This document shows, piece after piece, positions 18,187 to 27,004 of a DNA stretch of 37,024 bases. Within the stretch, counting starts at the first letter, position 1. Each line of letters starts with the position of its first letter. A program made the position numbers and the translations under genes. The DNA is from a virus (taxonomy: Duplodnaviria > Heunggongvirae > Uroviricota > Caudoviricetes): IMG/VR virus record IMGVR_UViG_3300028422_001686. The stretch is one strand, 5' to 3'. The notes below the pieces were generated by a model, which did no database searches, was not told where the DNA came from, and worked only from the letters and a program-made list of their open reading frames with translations.

Positions 18187-20072
18187 TGGAAGAACAAGAT
18201 TTAAGTAAAATCGGAAGAGACTTATTAAGTAAGATTATTATTTTTACAAAATATTCTAGATATATGCCTCATGAAAAAAGAAGAGAAATCTACGATGAGA
18301 TTATTGATAGAAATCTTAAGATGATGATCGCTAAATATAGAAATAAGCCCGAAGTAATTAAGTACATCAATCAAGCCTATTCAATGGTTTATTCAATGAA
18401 GGGGCTTCCTAGTATGAGGGCATTGCAGTTTTCTGGAGCCGCTATTGAAACATGTCCTTCAAGAATATTCAATTGTGCTGCTCTACCTATGGACCACTAT
18501 AAAGCCTTTTCAGAAATTATGTTTCTGCTTTTAGGTGGAACTGGAGTCGGCTTTAGTGTCCAGAAACGACATGTAGAAAAACTTCCTCCAATTAATAAAC
18601 CAACTAAAAATCGTAGATTTTTAATCAACGACACTATTGAAGGTTGGTCAGATGCAGTTAAAGCTCTAATTGAAGCCTATCTTAATGGAAAATCTAAACC
18701 TATTTTTGATTTTAGATCTATTAGGGCAAAAGGAACTCCACTAAAAACATCTGGGGGTAAAGCTCCAGGGCCAGAGCCATTAAAACATTGTCTTCATGTT
18801 ATTGAGCTTATGCTTGAGAGAAAAGAGAATGGTGAACAGCTTCGTCCTATTGAAGTACATGACATCAACTGTCATATTGCGAACGCAGTAAGGGCAGGTG
18901 GTATTAGACGTGCTGCTACTATATCCTTATTCGATATGGATGACAACGAGATGCTTGCTGCTAAATCTGGTGACTGGTATATCTCAAATCCTCAAAGACA
19001 ACTAGCGAATAACTCTGCAGTTATTCTTCGACACAAGATTAAAGAAGATGAATTTAAAGCTTTTATGGAGCGTGTAAGAGCTAGTGGATGTGGTGAGCCT
19101 GGCTTTCTACTTTCAAATGATCCAGAAATGCTTGTAAATCCGTGTGCTGAAGCCTCTCTTCGCCCTTTTACATTCTGTAATTTAGTTGAAGGAAATGCTG
19201 CATCAATTGAATCCCAAGAGGATTATAATGAGATGTGTAGATCGTTGTCTGTTATCTCTACTCTTCAATCTACTTTTACTGACTTTCACTATCTCAGAGA
19301 TGTATGGAAAAGAAACACAGAAAGAGACGGGCTTATTGGTGTCTCCATGACAGGGATTGGCTCAAATAATCTAGAACTTAAAGGTATAGATGTAGCTCAA
19401 GGCGCAAAGATAGCTAATGAGACTAATGCCGAACTCGCAGAACTCATTGGTGTAAATCCAGCCGCTAGATGCACTGTTTTAAAACCAGCAGGAACTACAT
19501 CAGCAGTTCTTGGAACTTCTTCTGGTATCGGATCCTGGTTTGCAGAATACTTTTTAAGACGTATTCGTATTGGCAAAGATGAGCCTATCCATGATTATTT
19601 ACTTAAAAAGGTACCTAATCTAATTGAAGATGACTTTTTTGATCCAGAGAGACAAAGTGTTCTAGCTGTTCCAATGAAAGCACCAGATGGAGCAATTCTT
19701 TCTACTACAGAAGGCCCCATTGATTACCTAGAGAGAATTAAAAGATATTACTTATCCTGGATTCTACCCGGTCACAACCGAGGAAGTAACACTAATAATA
19801 TATCAGCTACGGTATATATCGGTGAGGATGAATGGGATAAGGTGACATCTTGGATGTGGGAAAATAAAGACTATTACACTGGCCTTAGTGTTCTCCCTAA
19901 AGACAACAAGGTTTATAAGCAAATGCCTTTTGAAGAGATTTCAAAAGAAGATTATGAAAGATTCTTAACATATCTTAACCCAATTGATCTTACTGAGGTT
20001 ATTGAGATTGATGATATGACTGACCTAACAGGTGAAGCTGCTTGTTCGGGTGGAAAATGTGAAATCTTATAA
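18186..20072 (+). CDS. nrdJ: Class II (adenosylcobalamin-dependent) ribonucleotide reductase
   Basis: PSMRALQFSG, IFNCA, GGTGVGFSV, NPCAE, FCNLVE, KPAGTTS, C-terminal ACSGGKC. No beta subunit gene nearby. Confidence 0.92.
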   Translation: MEEQDLSKIGRDLLSKIIIFTKYSRYMPHEKRREIYDEIIDRNLKMMIAKYRNKPEVIKYINQAYSMVYSMKGLPSMRALQFSGAAIETCPSRIFNCAALPMDHYKAFSEIMFLLLGGTGVGFSVQKRHVEKLPPINKPTKNRRFLINDTIEGWSDAVKALIEAYLNGKSKPIFDFRSIRAKGTPLKTSGGKAPGPEPLKHCLHVIELMLERKENGEQLRPIEVHDINCHIANAVRAGGIRRAATISLFDMDDNEMLAAKSGDWYISNPQRQLANNSAVILRHKIKEDEFKAFMERVRASGCGEPGFLLSNDPEMLVNPCAEASLRPFTFCNLVEGNAASIESQEDYNEMCRSLSVISTLQSTFTDFHYLRDVWKRNTERDGLIGVSMTGIGSNNLELKGIDVAQGAKIANETNAELAELIGVNPAARCTVLKPAGTTSAVLGTSSGIGSWFAEYFLRRIRIGKDEPIHDYLLKKVPNLIEDDFFDPERQSVLAVPMKAPDGAILSTTEGPIDYLERIKRYYLSWILPGHNRGSNTNNISATVYIGEDEWDKVTSWMWENKDYYTGLSVLPKDNKVYKQMPFEEISKEDYERFLTYLNPIDLTEVIEIDDMTDLTGEAACSGGKCEIL

Positions 20073-20079
20073 AAAAGTA

Positions 20080-20108
20080 TTTACATCTTAAAATTATCTT
20101 TCTATAAT
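20080..20108 (+). promoter_or_regulatory. Sigma70-type promoter
   Basis: TTTACA-N17-TATAAT directly after the nrdJ stop. Confidence 0.65.
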
Positions 20109-20114
20109 TAAGTA

Positions 20115-20227
20115 AATTAGCTCCCCACCTCAGTATCCAAAATACTGTATGCGTTCAAGTGGTATATGTTGGAGTTGGTTTCCTCCTTTGTTACGCAGGC
20201 CCCATATTCTTTGGGGTCTGCTTTTTT
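20115..20227 (+). ncRNA. Candidate structured small RNA or attenuator leader
   Basis: Bounded by a promoter and a strong terminator. Nested stems TAGCTCC/GGAGTTG, CCAC/GTGG, CAGTAT/ATACTG. Unpaired TCCTCCTT. Confidence 0.45.
20195..20227 (+). terminator. Rho-independent terminator
   Basis: GCAGGCCCCA-TATTCTT-TGGGGTCTGC followed by T6. Confidence 0.8.
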
Positions 20228-20241
20228 ATTTGGAATATAAT

Positions 20242-21024
20242 ATGAATTGTTTAAAAAAACTTTTTGGATTAGATAAAAAGAAAGAAAAAGATACATCTCC
20301 TATTTCAAGTTCTGCTTTAGAAGAACGAAGAACGGATCCTGGAATTGTTCCTCCTCCAAACTATATTCCAGGTGAATCTGATACACTAGAACAACCTAAG
20401 GTGACAGTTAACTACTATCCTCCAGCTGTCCATAAGGGTAGAGGTATGGTCTATCAAGGCACATACAAAAAGGGGTATCCAGAAGGGGCTGTAGTTCATT
20501 ACACAGCTAGCGGGAACAGCGTAAGTGGTCTCATGGATCATGCACGTAATTCCCGCTTTCTTTATTTCTTGATTGATAGAAAAGGTGAAGTCTATCAGGA
20601 TTTTGTTTTAAGTAACTGGGGCTATCATGCCGGTAGAAGTACTTGGATTGACTATGAAAATGTCAAAACATTAAATGATAAATTCATTGGGATAGAAGTA
20701 GTTTCTGCGGGCAAGGTTGAAGCTGTTGATAGCGAAGCAAATCCTCCCCTCTACTATAAGACTTGGTTTGGAAAAACACTAAATAAAGAAGAGGTTAGAG
20801 AGATTAATGGTGAGTACTTTCATAAGTTTACAAAAGAACAAGAGAAGTCTCTTATTGATCTTCTAGTCTGGCTGTATAAACAAAACCCAGAAGTATTTAA
20901 GATTGAAAACATTGTCGGACACTGTGAGGTTTCTCCAGGAAGAAAGGTTGATCCTGGTGGATCCTTGTCACTTTCTATGAATGAACTTAGAAAAGTTGTA
21001 GAAAATTTGTCACAAGACTCTTGA
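20242..21024 (+). CDS. N-acetylmuramoyl-L-alanine amidase (Amidase_2 type), probable endolysin
   Basis: AVVHYTA, YFLIDRKGEVYQ, WGYHAG, IGIEV, IVGHCEVSPGRKVDPG. Start moved to ATG 20242 because the ORF-track 5' extension runs through the terminator. Confidence 0.85.
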   Translation: MNCLKKLFGLDKKKEKDTSPISSSALEERRTDPGIVPPPNYIPGESDTLEQPKVTVNYYPPAVHKGRGMVYQGTYKKGYPEGAVVHYTASGNSVSGLMDHARNSRFLYFLIDRKGEVYQDFVLSNWGYHAGRSTWIDYENVKTLNDKFIGIEVVSAGKVEAVDSEANPPLYYKTWFGKTLNKEEVREINGEYFHKFTKEQEKSLIDLLVWLYKQNPEVFKIENIVGHCEVSPGRKVDPGGSLSLSMNELRKVVENLSQDS

Positions 21025-21049
21025 CATTTCTTTTTCTAGACACATATTA
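21021..21049 (+). promoter_or_regulatory. Possible promoter for Hsp20 gene
   Basis: Perfect TTGACA -35. The -10 is weak (CATATT/ATATTA). Confidence 0.35.
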
Positions 21050-21085
21050 CATCTATAAGAAAAAAAATATAACAAGGAGAAAGTA

Positions 21086-21484
21086 ATGAAAAGCTTATTT
21101 AATGATCTACAAAAACTTGCTGTCATCGGTGGTGATTCATGGAAATGGGATAAGAAAAGTCCTTCTGTTTTTGATGACCCCTTCACTGGACTCTCATCTT
21201 TATTAGCTCAGAATAAAGGGTATCGATTTAAGGGTGACTATTTATTTATTGACATCCCTGGTCATGCAAAAAAAGATGTCTCAGTAACTCTTGATGGCCA
21301 CACTATTGAAGTAACATCAAAAGGTGAAGATGAATTTATAGAAAATGTTCACTATATTATTGACCTCAATAGAAAGTTGAATCATACTATTTCTATTGAG
21401 GATGCAAAAGTAGAGAACGGACTTCTATCTATGAAGATCGTTTATAAAGAAAACTCAACACGTGTAAGCGTTGAGATTCAGTAA
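21086..21484 (+). CDS. Small heat-shock protein (Hsp20/alpha-crystallin domain)
   Basis: IDIPGHAKKDVSVTLDGHTIEVTSK...IEDAKVENGLLSMKI. RBS AAGGAG. Confidence 0.85.
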   Translation: MKSLFNDLQKLAVIGGDSWKWDKKSPSVFDDPFTGLSSLLAQNKGYRFKGDYLFIDIPGHAKKDVSVTLDGHTIEVTSKGEDEFIENVHYIIDLNRKLNHTISIEDAKVENGLLSMKIVYKENSTRVSVEIQ

Positions 21485-21498
21485 TAATGGGGCTCTTC

Positions 21499-21527
21499 TT
21501 GATTGAAGAGAAAAAATATACTATAAT
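21499..21527 (+). promoter_or_regulatory. Sigma70-type promoter
   Basis: TTGATT-N17-TATAAT. Confidence 0.6.
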
Positions 21528-21574
21528 AACTATGACGAAAGTCGGAAACTAACAAAATTTTAAAGGAGCTTATC

Positions 21575-21868
21575 ATGGCTGAAACAACTGGAATGAAAGA
21601 ATTTATCGAACTACTCGATGCTGTTGAACTACTTGCACAATCTGCTGTAAACATGTCAAAAAACTTTGAAACATCTACAGTAATTGCTGAACTTGTTAAT
21701 CTTGGTATGAAATTTGAAACTATCAAAAATGGCTTTGCCAATATGAATCAAATTCCTTCTGAGTTCAAGAACTTCTCTGAAGAAGATGCACAAATGATTC
21801 TTGCTCGCATTTTTGCTTTGGTAAAAATCATTAAAGCAGCTTTTGAAAAAGAACAAGCTGCTGCTTAA
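21575..21868 (+). CDS. Hypothetical helical protein
   Basis: Own promoter, RBS AAGGAG and terminator. Confidence 0.7.
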   Translation: MAETTGMKEFIELLDAVELLAQSAVNMSKNFETSTVIAELVNLGMKFETIKNGFANMNQIPSEFKNFSEEDAQMILARIFALVKIIKAAFEKEQAAA

Positions 21869-21899
21869 TTTTCTGAAAAGTAAATTAAACTAATTAAGG

Positions 21900-21925
21900 G
21901 GGAGGTCGAAAGATCTCCCTTTTTT
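21900..21925 (+). terminator. Rho-independent terminator
   Basis: GGGAGGTC-GAAA-GATCTCCC followed by T6. Confidence 0.8.
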
Positions 21926-21936
21926 ATGGAGTTATT

Positions 21937-22200
21937 ATGGCAGACTATATGATAAGACACAAAGAAGAGGTTTTTAATAGAATAGCTAGGCGCTATGGCT
22001 ATAAGAATTATGGCCCGTCAAATAGCAGCAGTATAGACTTTAAGCCTTTTCTAGCATCGTTACTAGGACTAAAAGAAGAGCAGATTAATTTAAGCAATAT
22101 GGCTTTCAAAAAAAAGTGTGAAAAATTAAAGGCCCTTCTATCTCTGGAGGAGGAGACTAATCCACCAGTGGAAAAAGATCCTAAGCCAGGGTATTTTTAG
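21937..22200 (+). CDS. Hypothetical protein
   Basis: RBS GGAG, 87-aa ORF. Confidence 0.6.
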   Translation: MADYMIRHKEEVFNRIARRYGYKNYGPSNSSSIDFKPFLASLLGLKEEQINLSNMAFKKKCEKLKALLSLEEETNPPVEKDPKPGYF

Positions 22201-22202
22201 CT

Positions 22203-22231
22203 TAGACATTCTATCCTAGGTAAAATATAAT
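22203..22231 (+). promoter_or_regulatory. Sigma70-type promoter heading the radical SAM operon
   Basis: TAGACA-N17-TATAAT. Confidence 0.6.
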
Positions 22232-22261
22232 ACACTTATCACTGATAAAAAGGATAATATA

Positions 22262-22681
22262 ATGATCACTAAACATGCAATTAACATCTCTGCTCCTGCC
22301 AATGTTCTTTTAACAATGAAGACATCTAACTCCAAAATTATCTCTATTGTAAATAGTAACGGAGATGAAAAATACAATACTGTTGACATTTCATATTTAA
22401 ATAATAACGCTGAGTTATCATTCTCAGAGGCTTTTTCAGGATATGCATATGAGTATTACGCTGAGAGTACTTCTGAGCTTGAAGGCCGAATTAAAGACCT
22501 AGAAAATGCATTACTCCATGTTGCAGATATTCAGAATAAAATGCTGACACTCAATCAAGTAAAAGCATTGTTTGAAGAAAATGCTCTAGCTATTTCTGTT
22601 TTAGAAACAAAGGTTGAAACTTTATCTACAACCCTAGACGAACTTAAGGTGCAAGTAGAAAAACAAACTCAATGGAACTAG
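22262..22681 (+). CDS. Hypothetical protein with C-terminal coiled coil
   Basis: RBS AAGGA. Heptad-like C-terminus. First gene of the operon. Confidence 0.65.
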   Translation: MITKHAINISAPANVLLTMKTSNSKIISIVNSNGDEKYNTVDISYLNNNAELSFSEAFSGYAYEYYAESTSELEGRIKDLENALLHVADIQNKMLTLNQVKALFEENALAISVLETKVETLSTTLDELKVQVEKQTQWN

Positions 22682-22682
22682 T

Positions 22683-23753
22683 ATGTGTAATCTGTCTCTC
22701 TGTAAAAAAGAATTAATGATATATCTGAAAACTACAGAGTTTTGCAACCTTAACTGTCATCACTGTTATAACGGTGAAGAAGGTGTCAAATTAAGCAACT
22801 TTTTAAATACATTTAATAAAGATAAAACGGTTGAGTTTATCAAACAAATGGATGGTAAATTTGACCTAATAGACATCTCTTTTCATGGTGGAGAGCCACT
22901 TTTGGCAGATCCATTGGATATGTTTTATACCTATACGGCTATTAATGAAATGGAAACAGACATTAGATGGGGTATTCAAAGTAACCTATCAATGCAACTA
23001 GATGATGACAGAAAACAGCTGCTGACTATTCTTGCTAAAAATGGTGGCATGGGAACATCTTGGGACTATGATTTAAGATTTCATACACGAGAAATATATG
23101 ATACATGGCGTGAAAATGTTGATTTTATTAATGATATCGAAGGGGCAAGTAATACCTTAATTGTCTCTATGTCTAAACGTCTTGTGACAGAGACAAAAGC
23201 TATAGATATTATTAAGTTCGCCAAATCAATAGGGTTTGATGCAATTCTATTTGAAAGAATTACAAAGTCAGGAAACGCTTTGAATTTTAATAGAATAATT
23301 CCCACAAGTGCTGAAGTGGATAAATACACATTAGATATGTATAATGACACTGTGGAAACAGGAATATATACTGATATAAAGAATAATTATCTATCTTCTA
23401 TCCTCTATCCTTATGTGTTTGGTTCTTTTACAGGCTGTAGAAGTCGAGAATGCGCCCAGAGAGTAATGACAATTAATGCTAATGGATCTATCTCTGGATG
23501 CCCTAACTCTGCTCATAAGGTTATTTTTGGCTCAATTAATAACTCGTTTGAAGATGTCCTAAAAGCTCCTCTTAGAAAAAATGAGATTATAAAAGAGCAA
23601 GTAAGTAAGTGTATGCAGTGTGAATATCTAGACCGCTGTAATGGTGACTGCTATCAACTTACTTATGACGATGAGTGTTATTCTCCAAAGTCTCTATATA
23701 AACTGTTAGAGAAATTACCAAGTCCAGCACTTTTAAAAAAGATAGTATTATAG
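22683..23753 (+). CDS. Radical SAM / SPASM-domain protein 1
   Basis: CNLNCHHC (CX3CX2C), FHGGEPL, C-terminal GCRSREC...GSISGC...CMQCEYLDRCNGDC...C. Confidence 0.9.
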   Translation: MCNLSLCKKELMIYLKTTEFCNLNCHHCYNGEEGVKLSNFLNTFNKDKTVEFIKQMDGKFDLIDISFHGGEPLLADPLDMFYTYTAINEMETDIRWGIQSNLSMQLDDDRKQLLTILAKNGGMGTSWDYDLRFHTREIYDTWRENVDFINDIEGASNTLIVSMSKRLVTETKAIDIIKFAKSIGFDAILFERITKSGNALNFNRIIPTSAEVDKYTLDMYNDTVETGIYTDIKNNYLSSILYPYVFGSFTGCRSRECAQRVMTINANGSISGCPNSAHKVIFGSINNSFEDVLKAPLRKNEIIKEQVSKCMQCEYLDRCNGDCYQLTYDDECYSPKSLYKLLEKLPSPALLKKIVL

Positions 23754-23765
23754 CGGAGTAAGATC

Positions 23766-24446
23766 ATGACTATTTCTAGAGAAAAAATTTCAAAAGCAAG
23801 AACGGTACAAGAGTTCTTAAATAATGTCACAAACTATGTAAAGACTCACTATTTATGGCACAGACAGTCCTATCCTACAGGTGTTTACTTTCCTTACCAA
23901 TGGTTAGACTATTCATCTAATGTGCTAGGCCCAACTACATCAGAACTAGATACTGAAGCTGTTTCTGCTCAGGACTTTGCTCAAAGCTTTGAGTCATGGT
24001 GCAAGACATATACAAGAGCCAGAAAATTAAGACATGTTCTCTATAAAAGACAGTCAGGGAAGTACTATGTAGATACTCCACTTTTAGTAGAATATGATAG
24101 TACAAACTATGCTCTATTTAGTCCAAGTGCTAATATTGTCAATGAAGGAACAGCCTATGCTGTAGGAACTACAGGGTGGAGTTCTAGTGCACAATGGAGA
24201 GTTGTGTCTGGATTAAAAACAGGACTTAATACTGCTGCCTACGCAGGAATAGAAGCAATCAATGAGGCTGCCGGAGTAGATGAAGATATTCCAGCCTATA
24301 TATCTAGCTTCAATACTTTAATTTCAAACCTTAAAAGTAACTGGGTAACAAATCGCGAGACCTTAACAACAAGTGTATACTATTACTGCCATACTAATTG
24401 TTATAGTAAATGTCATAGTAACTGTCACTCTAGGAGTAGAAGATGA
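23766..24446 (+). CDS. Putative radical SAM substrate protein with C[HY]xx-repeat C-terminal tail
   Basis: Ends CHTN-CYSK-CHSN-CHSR-SRR. Only one other Cys in the rest of the protein. Embedded among rSAM genes. Confidence 0.65.
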   Translation: MTISREKISKARTVQEFLNNVTNYVKTHYLWHRQSYPTGVYFPYQWLDYSSNVLGPTTSELDTEAVSAQDFAQSFESWCKTYTRARKLRHVLYKRQSGKYYVDTPLLVEYDSTNYALFSPSANIVNEGTAYAVGTTGWSSSAQWRVVSGLKTGLNTAAYAGIEAINEAAGVDEDIPAYISSFNTLISNLKSNWVTNRETLTTSVYYYCHTNCYSKCHSNCHSRSRR

Positions 24447-25090
24447 TCCTTCCTTTAGAAGTAGATGAACTCTTAAAACTCATGGATAGTGAAGATAGTA
24501 AAAATGAAACTCTCGCTATAGATTATGAAAACTCTGAATTAAAAAGTAGAGATTTCATGAACTATGTCACTAATCTTGGATTAAAAATTAAGTTAGAGAA
24601 CTATGATAATGTTTCAAAAGAAGAGATGGCGGAGCTCATTCATGCCTACATGGGAACTAAATGCCTAATAGAACCTATTGCTGAGCTTGATGACATCATT
24701 GCTACAGCACTGGTAGCTAACCATTTAGATGACAATATCAACTATGTCTATGAGTTCAACAAGACTAGAATCGATGCTTTAGGCCAATTGATTAGAGAAA
24801 TACCACTGGCTATTGCCCTAATGGAAAGTGACATTGCAGAGTCCTTAGATCTAACAGGAGTTACAGTTTATGAAGAATTGGATGAAAAAGATACGCTTAT
24901 ATATAATGGTATCGGCGTTTTGTTACTCGATGATTTTGTTGAGCTATATATATCGATTAAAGGTATTTCTAAAGAAGTAAATAAAGAAAAATTTCTAACT
25001 CCAATCTATAAAAATAATTCTTTATATAACTTTCTCACTGCTAATGACTTTTCATTATTCCAGGTTTATACTGGCTTAATGAGTATGTAG
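24443..25090 (+). CDS. Acidic hypothetical protein (rSAM-cluster accessory)
   Basis: ATGA-coupled to the putative substrate gene. No catalytic motif recognised. Confidence 0.7.
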   Translation: MILPLEVDELLKLMDSEDSKNETLAIDYENSELKSRDFMNYVTNLGLKIKLENYDNVSKEEMAELIHAYMGTKCLIEPIAELDDIIATALVANHLDDNINYVYEFNKTRIDALGQLIREIPLAIALMESDIAESLDLTGVTVYEELDEKDTLIYNGIGVLLLDDFVELYISIKGISKEVNKEKFLTPIYKNNSLYNFLTANDFSLFQVYTGLMSM

Positions 25091-25098
25091 GAGCAAAC

Positions 25099-25986
25099 AT
25101 GATACAGATTGACAATATAAGATACCTCTGTTGGACAGAGGCCTTCCCCTCTATACCTCATAATGAGTCTTATATTCTTATTGATGAGCGTTACACAGAA
25201 GAGCAAAAGAAAAGCAACCTGAAGGTTAGACCTTTTGGCGAGTTAGAGCCTTGTTATATTTTTTCTAACACTCAAGAAATGTTCGACTATCAAAAGGTAA
25301 ATGACGTAGACTTTTGGGCTGAATGGATAGTTGCAGACACTAAGTCATTCTGTAAAATCCTTCACTCTATTGTCGATAAAACATATTATCTATGCGATCA
25401 AGATCTTAGCTATAGAGATCTTTTAAATGCCTATTTTTTAGATTTTTATAGAAAAAACTATAGGGGGATGAATAGAGAAGACGCTATATCTCTATATAAT
25501 GAATTACTTTATGGCGAAGAGCTTTTAGAGGAAAGTCTTAACCCTTATACTTTTGAGCATCAATTGCTGTGCGATCCTCCTGATATCTCTGAAGACATCC
25601 AGGATTGTTTTAATAGATGGAGGGAACAACAGCTAGGCTCTATTTATTACGATCTTATAAAACACTACAATGGTCCATATGGAAGTTTGGGATTATTTAA
25701 TGGTGAAGTTAAAGACTTAATTAACTACGAACTTAATGATGTAAATCTTACAAAGGTCGGAGTTTTTCTTTCATGGGTTACAGGTATGAGTCACAGTGAG
25801 ATTCCAATAGAAGCACTGAAGCTAGACATAGAAAAAGCTGACTTCCACTCACTCCTTAAATGTGACCATGGAACTACATCACATTTAGCCTATTTTGACT
25901 ATATGGATGCCAGTAGGCTTTGTTCTTTAAATGTTATACGTTTCCTTTATGGTGTTGGAGAATTTGACAATGAAATCAATGGCTAG
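25099..25986 (+). CDS. Acidic hypothetical protein (rSAM-cluster accessory)
   Basis: RBS AGGAG. 295 aa. No family recognised. Confidence 0.7.
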   Translation: MIQIDNIRYLCWTEAFPSIPHNESYILIDERYTEEQKKSNLKVRPFGELEPCYIFSNTQEMFDYQKVNDVDFWAEWIVADTKSFCKILHSIVDKTYYLCDQDLSYRDLLNAYFLDFYRKNYRGMNREDAISLYNELLYGEELLEESLNPYTFEHQLLCDPPDISEDIQDCFNRWREQQLGSIYYDLIKHYNGPYGSLGLFNGEVKDLINYELNDVNLTKVGVFLSWVTGMSHSEIPIEALKLDIEKADFHSLLKCDHGTTSHLAYFDYMDASRLCSLNVIRFLYGVGEFDNEING

Positions 25987-27004
25987 ACAATTACTTGGAA
26001 TGAAAATAAAAAATGATTATGAGATAGAAGTTTGCCTTACACAGTATTGCACTAAAGGGTGCCACTTCTGTTATCAAGGTCGTGACTCATCTAGCGAAAT
26101 TGAAACACAAACAATACTTAATTCAATCAATAGAACCATTGAAAAAGCACCAAAAGAAATAAACAGGTTTAAAATTAGTCTACTGGGTGGAGAGCTCTTT
26201 GACCCTTCTTTTGAGAGCTTTCAAGAGCGTTTAGATGTTTATGGGAATATTATTGAAAGTATAATAAACAAAAACCCAGGAAAACTAATCGACTTTGTTG
26301 TTGTAACAAACCTAGAAAGAAATGATTCTGAGTCAGTAAAAATGATTACAGAGTTTCTAGATAATTTAAATAAAGAAAGTTCTAGAGTTAAACTGTCTAC
26401 ATCGTATTATCCAAATGAGACCTCTGAGTTAAATAAGGACTTTATAGGAACACTTCTAGCTTATGACAAAAGGATTGATGGAGTCACTGTAGTTATGACC
26501 TCAGAAACCATAGGTCATATTATTAAAGGTGATGAAACATTTAAATGGTTATATGACTCTAACTACAACATACAATTAGATTATTATACACCTAATTCAG
26601 CTTCTGAAATGCTAATGCCATCTGACCTAGACCTGTATAATTTCTTTACCTACCTAAAGGTGACTGCCCCTAAAATAGAACTTATAGACGCACTATCAAA
26701 TGGAAATGTAAGTCATACATCATGTGCAAGTCCGAATAAATCTACGGTCCTCCCGAATGGAGAAGTTATTGCGTGTAAATATGATATTTCTGATAATGAT
26801 CGATACTTAGTTCCTATTTGCCAAAGATCAAATGAAAATATAATTCTATCTTTTATGAATCAAAATAGCTGTCTTAGTTGTGAATTCTATAAACGGTGCC
26901 CACTTGGATGCTTTGTTATGTTTAACCATAAAGACTATTTAAAAAAGAAAACACTTAGCGGTTGCATTTTTAAAAACTTTTTTAATAAATATAAGGCGGA
27001 ATAA
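25970..27004 (+). CDS. Radical SAM / SPASM-domain protein 2
   Basis: CTKGCHFC, LLGGELF, SCAS...NGEVIAC...CLSCEFYKRCPLGC...C. Start probably ATG 25970 or 25979 rather than 25931. Confidence 0.88.
   Translation: MKSMARQLLGMKIKNDYEIEVCLTQYCTKGCHFCYQGRDSSSEIETQTILNSINRTIEKAPKEINRFKISLLGGELFDPSFESFQERLDVYGNIIESIINKNPGKLIDFVVVTNLERNDSESVKMITEFLDNLNKESSRVKLSTSYYPNETSELNKDFIGTLLAYDKRIDGVTVVMTSETIGHIIKGDETFKWLYDSNYNIQLDYYTPNSASEMLMPSDLDLYNFFTYLKVTAPKIELIDALSNGNVSHTSCASPNKSTVLPNGEVIACKYDISDNDRYLVPICQRSNENIILSFMNQNSCLSCEFYKRCPLGCFVMFNHKDYLKKKTLSGCIFKNFFNKYKAE

Noticed and set aside
20149-20241. N-terminal 31-aa extension of the amidase given by the ORF track
   Set aside because: It runs through a strong terminator hairpin and lacks an RBS.
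21530-21551. Hammerhead-like CTATGA...GAAAC after the 21499 promoter
   Set aside because: The core lacks the conserved G of CUGAUGA and I could not build stems I and III. Only a small GAC-GAAA-GTC hairpin.
24387-24446. c-type heme-binding motifs in the tail
   Set aside because: Spacing is CX3CH, not canonical CXXCH, and there is no export signal or cytochrome maturation gene.
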